Source: Chrysomallon squamiferum
Lineage: Eukaryota; Animalia; Mollusca
Reading direction: 5' to 3'
Length of the DNA: 64,000 nt
Assembly: GCA_012295275.1 (NCBI GenBank)
Contig: CM022670.1
Span: 38,130,001 to 38,194,000, forward strand
This document shows positions 42,322 through 56,369 of the stretch, one piece after another. The translations under genes were made by a program, and so were the position numbers. The notes under the pieces are model-generated. The model saw only the letters and a list, made by a program, of their open reading frames with translations. It was not told the DNA's origin and did no database searches. Numbering within the stretch: position 1 is the stretch's first letter; each line of letters opens with the position of its first letter.

Positions 42322-42909
42322 GTGTTTGTGAATGGAGGGAAAAATCTGTGAATTTTATTGATTTCTGCCAATGCCAGGAATATTTGTGTAACTGTGTTAT
42401 TGAACAGACAAGGGTGATAATGAGTACAAAGCTCGGTAATAAGTGAGAATGCCGAGCCAATCAAACGAGCCCTACCGCAGTTCATTCAAAACTGATGGGA
42501 AATTTGAGATGAGATCGGCCTAATAGCTGAATTCTTGCTGCACACTGCAATTCCATGGACATAAACAAACGATTTGAAGAGAATCTTGTCTCTGGGAGAC
42601 ACAATGTAGAAAATGTAAAGAGAAGTTTAATGACGAGTGCAGAAATGATGAATTTAAAAGAAGATAGATGACTTGAAATGGAAAAAAAAAAAAAAAAAAA
42701 AAAAACCAAAAAATTACTATAAATAGAGAAATGTTTAAAATAAATTGTATACTAATGAAATAATTAAAATGAAAAAAAAATTAAATATGCTGAAGTGTAA
42801 TGAATAAACAGGTAAATTTAAAAAACAAAAACAAACAAAGTTTCCCATTCCAATCAATGTCTCACAACTGTTTTACTAAATGACATGGTTTATACTCTCC
42901 TGTTTTAGG

Positions 42910-42950
42910 GAAGGTGCAATAAAAGATCACTTTGCTGCTAATAAAATGTT
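42910..42950. mobile_element. Second decayed fragment of the same interspersed repeat, opposite orientation
   Basis: Reverse-complement similarity to 34653-34685. Confidence 0.33.
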
Positions 42951-44848
42951 GTGACTCTAGCAGACTGTCTTTCTTTTGGTAATAACAGACTGAGATAGAG
43001 GCATAATAAAATCATGAAAAAAACAACAACAACAACAAGAACAAAAATTTTAATTAAAAATACCCCTTGATATCAGTATATTTTCTGTCATCATACCACC
43101 ATCATCCTATCATTGGATCATTCTTCTATTTCACGAATGTAAAAAGAAAAAAAGAAACGAAGATAAGCATTTAAATACATATCCATTCAATAGGTACAAA
43201 ACAAAAGGAAATGAGGAGATGTAAAGATCTGAAAAGGAAATGTGAACAGTCTCTCCATTGATGGAGAGTTTGATGGACGTTACCACTGGAATGTCAGACA
43301 CAAACCTTTCAAGTGTTGTCATAATGGATGAGTGGTCACAGCAATATTTGCTTTGAAGTGTAATGGAAATGATGTGAGAAAATGTCATCTTGCCAACAAC
43401 TCCATCATGTTTGGCTCTGCTGATGAAAGGCAAGTTCAAGAATTAAGGAAGGGGAAGAAACTCTAATAATTTTGGAGAGAAAAAAAGCAAGTCTATACAG
43501 ACTGCACCCATTTTTTTTTTTTTTTTTTTTTTTTTGTCGTACTGAGTGCTTACAGTACGAGCTTGGTAAGTCTAAATAGTTCAGCTGTTGGCTCAAAATG
43601 TGTGGCTACAATGCTTACAAAAGCATTTGATTAAAATGCTATCATTATCCACAATGTAGCCAAGAACAACCATGACAAAGAATTTCATGTTATAGATTTT
43701 CTTGTTAAGATGAAAAAAAAGAATAGAAGTGGTGGAAGTATCATGCACTGTGCTATGAGCACTTAATACACTTTATTACAGTCCTCAGATGGTTTTGTGA
43801 AACCTATGATCACATGATGTAACGAGAACAAAATCAAAGAAACAGACGAGTTCCGTGCACTATTACATCACTCTTATAATCTTGTTTTAATGTTGTACAT
43901 GTAACTGAAGAAGTAATCAGGAAGAACTGGTTTGAAAGAAACAGGAACCGTAGACTGGATTTCTGTGATAAGTGGCATTTCTGGATATCAAAGCTAAAAC
44001 GTAGACTTCTGTAAACTTACGTGTTAGAACACTACAGACAGGACTGGAATTAACTGGACAGACAGGAATCGAAAAGGACTGGCTTGCTAGGAATGTTGTA
44101 GCTGGATCAGATGTGTTCTTACAGGAACAGAGATTGCCAGAACAGGACAAACACGTGTTGTATGTGTTTGAATTCTGTTATGAGGGAGTATAAATCATAA
44201 TGAATTTTTGTCTTACGTGATAATTTGATTTGATCGCAAAAACAATGCAACAAGTCTGTATAAAATCTATCAAACAGAGGTAATATCTCTCTATATTCAA
44301 AATGAATGAAAAATGATGAGATAAAAAAAAAAAAATAATAATAAAATAAAATAATCACAAAATAAATAACGACAACCCATAATTAACATACAGTAATCTA
44401 CCAAGTACGGAAAACATGATGTCAATAATATTGATTTCTCTTACACTTTATACAATAGCTGATGTTTAGATTGTTAATATTAAATCATTTCCTGATTTGT
44501 TTTTTTAATAAATCACATTTCAAAAGCATAATATATTTTTTAACATACAGTTATTCAAAAGAAAGATTCTTTTAGTGTGTTTTCGTTGACTCTTTATTTT
44601 TATTTTTAATCGATAAGAAAATAAAACGAAAAAAAATTCAAAAGCTTATTTAACATTAATAAACAGAATGAACTTCAAAGATGATGGTTGCTAGGAGACA
44701 GGAGATAAATATTATTAAAGAGTAACGATTGAAATCCATCGATGAAACCAAACTTAAAATATGTTTTCTATAAAAAAAAAAAAAAATGTGTATGTGACTG
44801 AAAGACATGGATTACGGTTAATTACTGTACTGAAATTCCCTATCTAAG

Positions 44849-45890
44849 AAGACTGCACGAAAATACTGAAAACATTTCTTTATCTGTACAAGACTGCACG
44901 AAAATACTGAAAACATTTCTTTATCTGTACAAGACTGCACGAAAACACTGAAAACATTTCATTATCTGTACAAGACTGCAGGAAAATACTGAAAACATTT
45001 CTTTATCTGTACAAGACTGCACGAAAACACTGAAAACATTTCTTTATCTGTACAAGATCACTGAAAACACTGAAAACATTTCTTTATTTGTACAAGACTG
45101 CACGAAAACACTGAAAACATTTCTTTATCTGTACAAGACTGCACGAAAACACTGAAAACATTTCTTTATCTGTACAAGACTGCACGAAAACACTGAAAAC
45201 ATTTCTTTATCTGTACAAGACTGCACGAAAATACTGAAAACATTTCTTTATCTGTACAAGACTGCACACAAACACTGAAAACATTTCTTTATCTGTGCAC
45301 AAAATACTGATTTCTTTATCTGTACAAATCTGCATGAAAATACGAAAAACATTTCCTTATCTGTACAAGACTGCACGAAAATACTGAAAACATTTATTTA
45401 TCTGTTCAAGACTGCATGAAAATACGAAAAACATTTCCTTATCTGTACAAGACTGCACACAAATACTGAAAACATTTCTTTATCTGTACAAGACTGCATG
45501 AAAATACGAAAAACATTTCATCTGTAAAGACTGCACGTCTTTTATTTATCTGTTCAAGACTGCATGAAAATACGAAAAACATTTCCTTATCTGAAAACAT
45601 TTTTCTTTATCTGTACAAGACTGCACGAAAATACTGAAAACATTTCTTTATCTGTACAAGACTGCACGAAAATACTAAAAACATTTCTTTATCTGTACAA
45701 GACTGCACACAAACACTGAAAACATTTCTTTATCTGTACAAGACTGCATGAACATTTTAAAAACATTTCTTTATCTGTACAAGACTGCACGAAAATACTG
45801 AAAACATTTATTTATCTGTACAAGACTGCACACAAATACTGAAAACATTTCTTTATCTGTACAAGACTGCAGGAAAACACTGAAAACATT
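44849..45890. repeat. 41-bp minisatellite (GACTGCACGAAAA[T/C]ACTGAAAACATTTCTTTATCTGTACAA), about 25 copies
   Basis: GACTGCAC at 44851, 44892, 44933 and onward. Copies are homogeneous at the ends, with deleted variants in the middle; there are no unique spacers. Confidence 0.96.
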
Positions 45891-47549
45891 CATTCTCCTT
45901 TTTTAACATATGCAATATATTTTCCACATTATCTAATTTTGTATTACTGAACCAGATGGAAAAAATATTTGTTTGCCGAAAAGGTATACAGTTTATAAAT
46001 AATATCTTGATATAAATAACATGACTTGTCTTAGTAATGTAATCTTTTAATTGGTTGTGTAGTTTTATTTAAGTCTGTGATCAAAAGTTATACATGGTGG
46101 ATTGGTTATCTCCATTTGGTAAGATTCCAGTCCAAGGCTAGTTCAAGATACTCTGTACTGAGGTTTTAGTTCTTATAAAAGCAAAAATAAGGAAATGTTT
46201 ATATTAAATACATAAAAAAAAAAAATAATAATAATAATAATCATTTCTGATGTTGATATATCGTGATTGAATCTTCATTTCCTATAAAAACAAAATCAGA
46301 TAATTGTTTATATGTATAACAAAAATTAATTTCTTTTTAAAAATAATAAAAAATAATAAGGGAAGCAATCCTTGCTGATGGTATGTTAAATATGAAGCAT
46401 TACTGCACAGTTTGACATAACTGTCGTACATATCACGCACACAGTAAACAGGAAAATAATCTAGAAAAATGAATGTTCAATGACATCTCATCACACTTGT
46501 AATGAATAGTTATTAAATATCAAACATCATCATCAACATCATTACTGTTTATTATTATTATTATTATTATAAGTATTTATTATTGTTGTTGTCGTCGTCG
46601 TCGTTGTTGTTAATTTCATTAATATATAAGTGTAACACGGATTTTCTCTTCCTAGTAATTTGAAATACGTGCAGAAAAATAAAAAACATATGCTCAGTCT
46701 TTGAAAACATTTGTTAGACGAAATGTTTTATATCTCATGATAAATATATATATATATTTTTTTTAATTTTCTGTTTTAATATCAGTAATGTGCAGTTTAA
46801 ACATTCAATGAAAAGAAACATGGCAAATATAAACATATTAAATATATTTAGTAATAACATACTGTACGTTGTTATAAGATTATGTGTTAATAATTTGCTT
46901 TTATCACAATATCAGTCTGAACTAGGAAAAGAAAAATCATCTTCTCAGATAGAAACATTTTAAATTAATATTTAAATATCAGACTGAATTTATTAATATT
47001 AGTTTACATTTGCAATACTTTTTTATTTCTTACCTTTATTTTTTTATTTATTTTAATTTAATTTAATTTATTTTATTTTTTTAGAATTTTCAAAACAAAC
47101 AGAATAAGCAAATAAATCAAGTTAAAAGTATTTATGTATAGTATAAAGATGACTGTTGATGTTGTTACTGACAGTCAATGCTGGGAGTTTTTTGAAAAAG
47201 TGCAGTCAAAACATATCAAGTCACAGTCAAACACGAATTAGACAAATACAATGGAAGTATTCCATATTGCTAAAATATCTACACTGGCTGAGTCAACTGA
47301 ATTTTCACACGTTACTTTTTACAATATACATTGCTAGTAGCAGTTTGCTATCAATGCACTGATCATTATAATTTAATTTATCAAATTAATTATATGAAAT
47401 ATATATATATATTGATTTTTTTTTTTCAAAATGTAATTTGATTTATTGTTATATAATAATAGCAAAATTATATTCAACTGTAAAACTGTTCCCTTTGTAA
47501 TAAATGAAAGAATGTTTATAAATGTAACATTTTTTTTGTTGTTGTTGTT

Positions 47550-47590
<41 letters not shown>

Positions 47591-47947
47591 TACTGAATTT
47601 ATGAATCTTGGATAAATAATTTTACATTATTTTATTTTTATTTTTATTTTTATTATTGTTATAATTATTTTTTTTTTTTTTGTTGTTGCTGTAATTTGCA
47701 GATTTAATCAAATTTCTGAGTCCAGGGAAATCTGCATATAACAGATTCCTAGCTGCTAACTGGTAGGAGTAGATCATGGGTTAACTGGTAAGTATGTACA
47801 AGGGTTTCTCTGTCTTTTCATGATTTATATAATAGCAGGAGTAACCCATAGGTTAACTGATAATTTGATGCATCGGTTTGATCTCTCATATCATCACTAT
47901 GCAAATACTGTATGTTTAGAAGCAATACAAATATGTTATGTTGTTTC

Positions 47948-48520
47948 CATCATGCATCATCAAACCAGTCCCATCATGCATCATCATGAATCCAATCCCA
48001 TCATGCATCATCATCATCAAACCAATCCCATCATGCATCATCATCATCAAACCAGTCCCATCATGCATCATCATCAAACCAGTCCAATCATGCATCATCA
48101 TCATCAGACCAGTCCCATCATGCATCATCATCATCAAACCAGTCCCATCGTGCATCATCATCATCAGACCAGTCCCATCATGCATCATCATCATCAAACC
48201 AGTCCAATCATGCATCATCATCAAACCAGTCCAATCATGCATCATCATCATCAGACCAGTCCCATCATCCATCATTCATCATCAGACCAGTCCCATCACG
48301 CATCATCATCATCAAACCCGTCCCATCATGCATCATCAGACCAATCCCATCATGCATCATCAGACCAGTCCCATCATGCATCATCAGACCAGTCCCATCA
48401 TGCATCATCATCATCATCAAACCAGTCCCATCATGCATCATCATCATCAAACCAATCCTATCATGCATCATCATCATCATCAAACCAGTCCCATCATGCA
48501 TCACCATCCTCAGACCAGCA
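47948..48520. repeat. Minisatellite with an embedded (CAT)n run; unit CCATCATG(CAT)2-5CA[A/G]ACCAGTC, 24-33 bp, about 19-20 copies
   Basis: Direct reading; translates as (QTSPIMHHHH)n in one + frame. Confidence 0.93.
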
Positions 48521-49124
48521 AGCTTCCAGCAGCTCATACTGATGTGCAGCGTCTGTCTGAAAGATTAAGGAGATGAGAGGACTGACTCTGTGTCCCACAG
48601 ACCTGTGTTATTTTTTGTAACTGCTCACCAGGAACACATCACAGCCTGTGCAGTGACATAACCCAATCATCAGTGGATTGAACGTAATTCCGTCTGCCAG
48701 CTTCAGCCGTAATTTTCTCAGTCAGTGCCAAATATGATTGCTGCAGGCCAATTCAGCTTCTGACATGTCCCGAAATTACCGGAGAGAAGCTACTGCTAAT
48801 GTTTCATTTTGATTGCGAGCTAATTTATCGAATTGTCCATAACCGATTTCGAGTTTATCTTATTACATACTCTTCTTCTCTCAGTGTAATTTTTTTTTTT
48901 TTTTTTTTTTTCCTGCATGGAATATGAAATATTTTTGATATTTTCTTTGACAGCTTAATGATGTGCAGAAATTTGGTATCATGGCATATCATGATTGTAG
49001 CATGTTTTTTTTTGGTTGTGATTAATTGAATACTGGAAAACTTTGCAGTTGAAGTGAAACCACTCATAAAGGTGTAATAAAATAAAATTAAATAAAATTA
49101 AATCTCAACAACTACCCAAAATAT

Positions 49125-49370
49125 GACATATATATATGTATATATGTATGTATATGGGTATATATATGTATGTATATATGTATGTATGTATGAATATATG
49201 TATGTATGTATGTATGTATATGGGTATATATGTATGTATATATGTATATATGTATGTATGTATGTATGTATGTGTATATAATGTATCCATGTATCCATAT
49301 ATATATATACATATATGCGTGTCTGTGTGTGTGTGTGTGTGTGTGTGATTATATATATATATATATGTGA
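49125..49370. repeat. (TATG)/(TA)/(GT)n microsatellite block
   Basis: Direct reading. Confidence 0.9.
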
Positions 49371-49713
49371 ATGAACCAAACAAAGAACACAAACACAATG
49401 CATTTACATAATAAGAATGTTTATTGCAGTATTTACAGTCTGGTTTGGTTCCAGAAGGCATGATGTACATATGTCCCACCACCAAATAATCAGAGTAACA
49501 TGAACAACAAAACATGGTGATTCAGTTTTACTAACACAATTCTTAATAAATGCATATCAGTGACATCACTGCTTTAACAGCTTCTTCAGTAGTAAAACAC
49601 ATCCTGTTAATTCTCAGCTCAACAAGTCTGTGGTTTGATAATGTACTTCTGTGCATCTTTATAAGTATTCAGTGTGTGTGTGTGTGAGTATGTCTTTTAA
49701 TATAGAGTTTGTG

Positions 49714-49770
<57 letters not shown>

Positions 49771-50275
49771 GTAATGATAATAATAAAAATAGTAATAGTA
49801 ATAAAAATATACTACTACTACTACTAATAATAGTAATAATAATAATAATAATGGTAGTAATAATAATAATAATAATAATGATAATAATGATAATAATAAT
49901 AATAATGATAATAATACTAATAATGGCAACGATAATAATAAAAATAGTAATAGTAATAAAAATATAATAATAATACTACTGATAATAGTAATAATAATAA
50001 TAATAATGGTAATAAATGTTAATAATAATAGTAATAGTAATTTTAATAGCAGTAGTAATGATAACAATAATAATTGCAATTTTAGTAGTAGTAGTAGTAG
50101 TAATAATAATAATAATATCAATAATAATAAAGATGGCATAGTAGAATAATAATAACTTTAGTAATAATGAAGTAGTAGCAACTGTAGTGAAAGTAGTAGT
50201 ATTAATATAATAATAATATTAATAATAATAATGATAATAGTTGCAGTAGTAGTAGTAATAATAATAATAATAATT
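49714..50275. repeat. Compound (TAA/TAG)n trinucleotide tract
   Basis: Direct reading; source of the poly-L ORF 49669-50139. Confidence 0.9.
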
Positions 50276-51479
50276 AAAAAAATGTAGATAAAGTGATAAT
50301 GAAAAATATTAATATTATGTTGAGTCAGAGATTCATGTATTTAAATATCAGCTTTAATCACACCACTGTTAAAGCATGCCTATCATGGGCAAAACTTCAG
50401 ATTTATTCAAACTTGTGGCAGACAAAAATATCAATAATACAAATCTGTGCTGATTTTAATGTTAATTTGCATATCATTTATAAATGTTGTTTTTATAAGC
50501 AATGTTTTTGGATAAAGAAAAACTTCATAAAAATAGTTTTTACACGTAGATAGCTTTCACAAAGAAAATGAAAAAAAAAAAGAGAAAAAGGATTTATTTT
50601 CATAAAGACTTTTTTCAATCAGATTGTTTTCAGGAAAGATAATTAGATTAGTTTTCATACAAACATTGATTTCATGAAAAAAATGATTTCATAAAGAATG
50701 TTTTCAAATAAATAATTTAAAAAAAATGTTTTACATAAAAATGGTTTTCAGATAAACACATATTTTGTGAAGACATTTTTACATTAAAAACAGTTTCAGA
50801 CAAATTCAGTTTTCACACAAAAAACAAACTTTGGATCAAAACATTTTCATTAAAGAACATTTTCAAATGATAGTTTTTCATTTTGAGTAAACTCACACTT
50901 TTGTGGGGGTTTTTTTGAGTTAACTCACACTTTAGTTATTAATAACTAGAACATGTATATCACTAAAACAATTAAAGCACATCACAGTTTGGACTAATTC
51001 AAGAGAACAGCTTTTGTGTAGTGAGTATATGCAATATATCTTGAAATGAAAGTTTAAAAAAGCTTAATCAGATCTTTTTAAAAATATTTTCTAAGTTTAT
51101 TTATTTATTTATTTAATTTAACAAATTTATTTTATTTTATTTACTTAATGACTTATTTATTTATTATAAATTATTTATTTATTTAATAAAAGAATTTTAT
51201 TTTATTTATTTATTTATTTATTTATTTATTTTGCTCTACATTTATTTTATTTAACTACAGTTTGATTCATTATCAGTATATTTAACATATTATTACAAAT
51301 CACTATCTACACATTTATGTCAACTGTTACAGTCATTTTAATATCAATGAAAACAGGTGAGAGAAAATAAACAAAACAAAATCTGAACATTGTGATATAG
51401 GCACTAAACAACATATGCATAAATTTGTTATTACCAGTCACATTGTGAAGGTCCAGACATCTTTGTACAATGGTCTTAT

Positions 51480-51960
51480 GAAACAGTGTAAAGTGCAGCC
51501 CTGCTTTATCAATATTGTGTACACTGTATTAAATTAAAGTAACAAAAGTGTATGGAAAGTACTGTCCTGTTGTATGAAAAGAATGTACAGCCCTGTTCCA
51601 ATATGAACATTGTGTCATACAGATATCACTGAAGTTGTATAATGTCATATTCTGACAATAGTGTGTAAAATGGTGTATTAAATTAATATCACGAAAGTGT
51701 ATGGAAAGTACTGTCCTGTTTGAATCAAAAGAACTGTCCTGTTTGAATCAAAATAATGAATTCAATAGTGTGTGTATAGTACTGTCCTGTTTGTATCAAA
51801 AGAATGTACAGCCCTGTTCCAATATGAACACTGTATTAAACAGATGCCACTGAACTCTGTGTAATGTCATGTTCTGACAACAGTGTTTACAGTGTATTAA
51901 ATTAAAGTAACATAAGTCTTTGTAGTACTGTTCTGTTGTATGAAAAGTACTTGTAATGTA
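51480..51960. repeat. Degenerate local duplications (AGTACTGTCCTGTT...AAAAGAATGTACAGCCCTGTTCCAATATGAACA)
   Basis: AAAAGAATGTACAGCCCTGTTCCAATATGAACA occurs at about 51577 and 51798, with further partial copies. Confidence 0.75.
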
Positions 51961-54561
51961 CTGCCCTCTTTTAACAATAGTATGAACACTGAAGTATAAG
52001 ATGCTACCTTGCCCTGGTTCTGTATGGAAGTACATTATATCTTTTATCATCTTAGAAAAAAAATCCAAAAAAAAATATGTTGTTATTCAGTTTTCTTAAC
52101 AATTCATAATTGTCCAGGTAGCTATAACTGTGTTTTTGAATATATATAAGTTTAGTATCTTTATATATGTTTATAAACAAACACACAGCTTATATTGACA
52201 GGCATAAGATTTCCTAAAGACAGTCAATTTTTGTAATCAGTTTAAATCTTAAGATACTGAAATGTTTTAATAATATTTATTAATTTCAGTATTTTAAGAA
52301 TATTTGGTTTGTTTAGCATTAATAATATGAACCCCATTTAACAAGTCTAAATACTGGTAGGATATACTGTTGTCTTATATGTTTTATATTTATTGTGAAT
52401 AATAATTTTATAAAGTTAATGATAATAGAAAGAAATGAGAGGAAAATTGGAATGTGCAGTGAATGTTTAAGAGCAAATAGTCAAAGAATGGAATATGAAA
52501 TACAAATATATTGTGTGATTTATTTAATTTTTTATTATAATATATATTTATTTATTTATTTATTTATTTATAAACACTGATATTTTTTATGATTATTATA
52601 ACATTTACTGTAGTTTATTTCTGAAACAAAGTTTTTAATAATATTATTTTCATTTATTTAGATAATTTTAATTTTATTTATTTATTTATTATCTTTACTG
52701 TTTTTTAAATTTATATTTTAAGTACCATCATTTAAATTCATTAATTTTATTTATCATCATCATCACCATTTATTCACTATTTAAATAATTTTACTATTCT
52801 GTTTCAAGGCCATAGATAAAGAAATAAAATTTACTTTAGAGATAAAGGGTTTGACATGGTAAATATTGTTATAAAATTATTTGAATTATCTTGTCTTTAA
52901 CATCCTTGAATTTCATTAAGAAATTTGCATATACCTAGAAATTTATAAACTGCAAAAATTAAAAAAAAAAAAAAATTTAAAAATATTAATGAAACAATTT
53001 ATAATGTCAGTGCATATAATATGTAAATTAAAGAAAATTTTAGTTTTTGATGTTAGGAAAAAAAAAATATATATATATTTTATGATAAACCATGGTATGT
53101 ACTGTTCTGTTCCATTTACACCATTACAGTTGTCACTATATTTAATACAAGCTTGAAGAAAAGAATACTGATGTGACTAAATTACTACCGTATGGTTTCT
53201 AATAAAGGATTACCTTCACTAAGTGACATATCAGTTTGTCACATGTGACTGAACTGTTCTCTGTGCCCATAAAACTCATCACAACATTTAGTCATACAAC
53301 TTACTTGTTTTCACCGCTCAATTCAATCACATGTGACAAGACCTTAAGCTACTAATTTCTACTTCTCAGTCATAGCGTATTCATAATTCAAATATTTCTT
53401 CTTATTTTTTTTTTGTAAAAAAGCTAATTTATTACATGTAATTTGTAAAATGGAGATAACTAAGACTTTCTAGAAATTGTTCTAAAAATCAAAACAAAAG
53501 GTCAGAAAAAAAGCAAGTTTATGCTGCTAAAATATATCTATCTTTTAATCTAATCAATTTAAAAAATATACAAAACATTCATAAAGGTGCATTCTCACTA
53601 GGCAACTTGTTATATGCAACTGAATCATATTTTAATAACATATAAATCATAATAACATTTCATTTTAGGACTCAGGTATTGAAATATCACCTTTTTTTGA
53701 GACGTTGGTTGCAGTTTATTGTTTAGTGAGAATGTGCCTTTAGTAGCAGCAGTAATTTCAAATCATTTGTTGACTTATTCAGACATCTCCTCAGAGTTTA
53801 GAGGACCAGGTAATCAGAAAAAGGTGAATGATTAAAAAACAAAACAATAAAATATGCAAGCATTATCATAACAAATGATTATGTTAATTTTAACTTGTAG
53901 AAAATTGACAAAGGAACCATAACCATTAAAAAAAGTGTGTTAAAAATCGTTATTATGTTTCATTTCAGTGATTTTCAATGTTATTTTGTTCTTCTGTGAC
54001 ATATAAAGCATGTTATGAATAAAAATAAACACTAATGAATAATGGATAGATGGTATCAATAAACAAGCGTTTAAAACATTAATGTAAAGGTTTCAAATGT
54101 AACACTTATTCGTGGTAACAAAATGACAGGAATGAAGATTTAAAAACACAAAGTAAAGTCAGGCATAATAAAGCAGAATGAATTAATAATAATAAAAACC
54201 AATTTACATTATTTGTAAAATATCTCATCTTTAGCATGTTAATTTAGAAACTTTGTTACATATTTGTAGAATATCTCATTTGTAGGACGTTTAGAAATAG
54301 ACATTTGTGGAATATTTCATGTACAGAAGAACATTTAGAAATATTATTACATGTTTGTAGAATATCTCATATACAGAACATTTAGAAACAACATCATGAA
54401 CAAAATGCTTGGTATGCACAGAATCAAACATTTCTTTAAACCAAACACAATCATTACTTTCCATGTCCAAACCAGTATTTAAAGAAAAGAAAATTTCTTC
54501 TTAACCAGAATTTACTTTATAGGCTGCATGAAATTGTTTGTATATTTCTGCAAACAATCCA

Positions 54562-54622
<61 letters not shown>

Positions 54623-56369
54623 TATAAAAGAAAGAAAAAAAAAATAAAAGATCTTAAATGACTAGCTACTTCTTACAAAAACCACTGATGACATATACAT
54701 TTATTTTCTTTGTCACGAGAGTTGGTGATCAAGTATTTGAATATCTTGTGATGATTTTTTTTTTCTGTTTTTTTTTTTTATAGCCATTTTTCTCATCTAA
54801 TTTTTAAATTTTAAAAATTTTTTTTTTTTTTTTTTTTTAAATCAATAAACCATTATTATTAACTAAAGACCTTCCATGAATTAAAACATAACAACAATCA
54901 GAACTTTATGTTTTTAAACTAAATGCTATTATTCGTATCGATTCGTCTGCACGACATGGCAGTATTGGGACCAGACCGAGATTAGAAAATAAAATAAAAT
55001 TGATAACACCTGCTGCACTGACTTGTTATCCCGGGAGTGCAGTCTGTCGTGATTACAAAATTAAGGGATTTCTCAGTATTAAAATATCAAATAATCCATG
55101 ACCACCTTGTACCAGATTAAAATCCCATGATGAATTAGTCACGTTACATTCGGTCGTAGCGTTTAATAAAATTACAGTAATTTTGTAAAGGAACACAGAA
55201 GGAGTTATTTTTAATGACTTATATGGGAATAAATGTGTGTGTGTGTGTGTGTGTGTGTGTTAACATAGTCTTATTTTAGTGTATTATTATGCTGCTTAAG
55301 AATTGTAGGGAAATAAACTGTTTTCAAGAAATAAACAGAAATGTTACAGGAATTGAACTAATAAAAAATTTTAAAATTTAAAAAATCATATTTTTTTTTT
55401 TCCCTAAATAAAAACATTTTCTAATTCTCTATAAAAAGATAACTGAATTCTGGTGGTAATTATTATTATTATTATTATTATTTTTATTAATTTTTGTGGA
55501 ATATTATTCTTAAAATTAGTCTATAATTTAAAATGCAGAAGATATACAAATATTTTCATCATAATTATACCTTTGAAAATTGTGAAATAATGATTGCTTT
55601 TCAACACAAATGTTTGTCAAAAACAATTAGACATATTTTTATCACATCCCAGGAATAAATGAATTCAGAAAAAGAAAGTAATTTTCTCCACATCTTCTGA
55701 AATACACTTTTTATCTTAAGTATCATTTGTAACAAAAAATCCAACAAAATAACATTATTATTTTTTTTTTTTAAACAACAAGCTTGAAATATTAACAAAA
55801 CAAATAATATATATATATCAGTTTTCAAGAAATGTTTCCAAGTTTGTTTTTAATCATTAATTTTGTTGCCCATTTTCTACAAATGCTGCAAATGATGTTT
55901 TATTTTTTTTATTATCATTATTACATTTTATTTATTTTTAATTATCTACAATACCTGAACAATTTTTTGAGAAAAAAAAACAAAAAAAAAAAAAACATTT
56001 AATTATGATTGACACTGAATACAATTCATTTTAAAATTTAATTAATTAATTTATAAATACATTTATTTATTCATTTATTATTTAATTATTATTTTTTAAA
56101 TTATTGTTACTGTTTCATGTATTTATCATTATTATTATTTCTTTAAATAATTGAATTCATTAGTCCTTCTGTCAAAGAAATGTTTACCACTGTTGTATAT
56201 GATTAATTTCATTTATTTACATTTTTCATTCTTAGAATTCCTGTCCACTTTCCACGATATAAAAAGTACAAGTAACTGACATTTTAATTTTCGCTTTTCT
56301 CTGTTTGTGTTCTTCGTGTTTCCAAGAAACGATTGCAACATTGTTAATTAATAATTTTTATTATTTCTT

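Noticed and set aside
44799-44810. TGAAAGACATGG matches the 5' end of miR-71 as I recall it
   Set aside because: Only 12 nt match, the 3' half differs, no hairpin partner is visible and there is no adjacent miR-2 cluster.
44849-45890. Regular repeat arrays (also 38833-39102, 57337-57912 and 63580-63910) as CRISPR-like arrays
   Set aside because: Units are directly adjacent with no unique spacers, there are no cas-like ORFs, and the context is eukaryotic and intron-containing.
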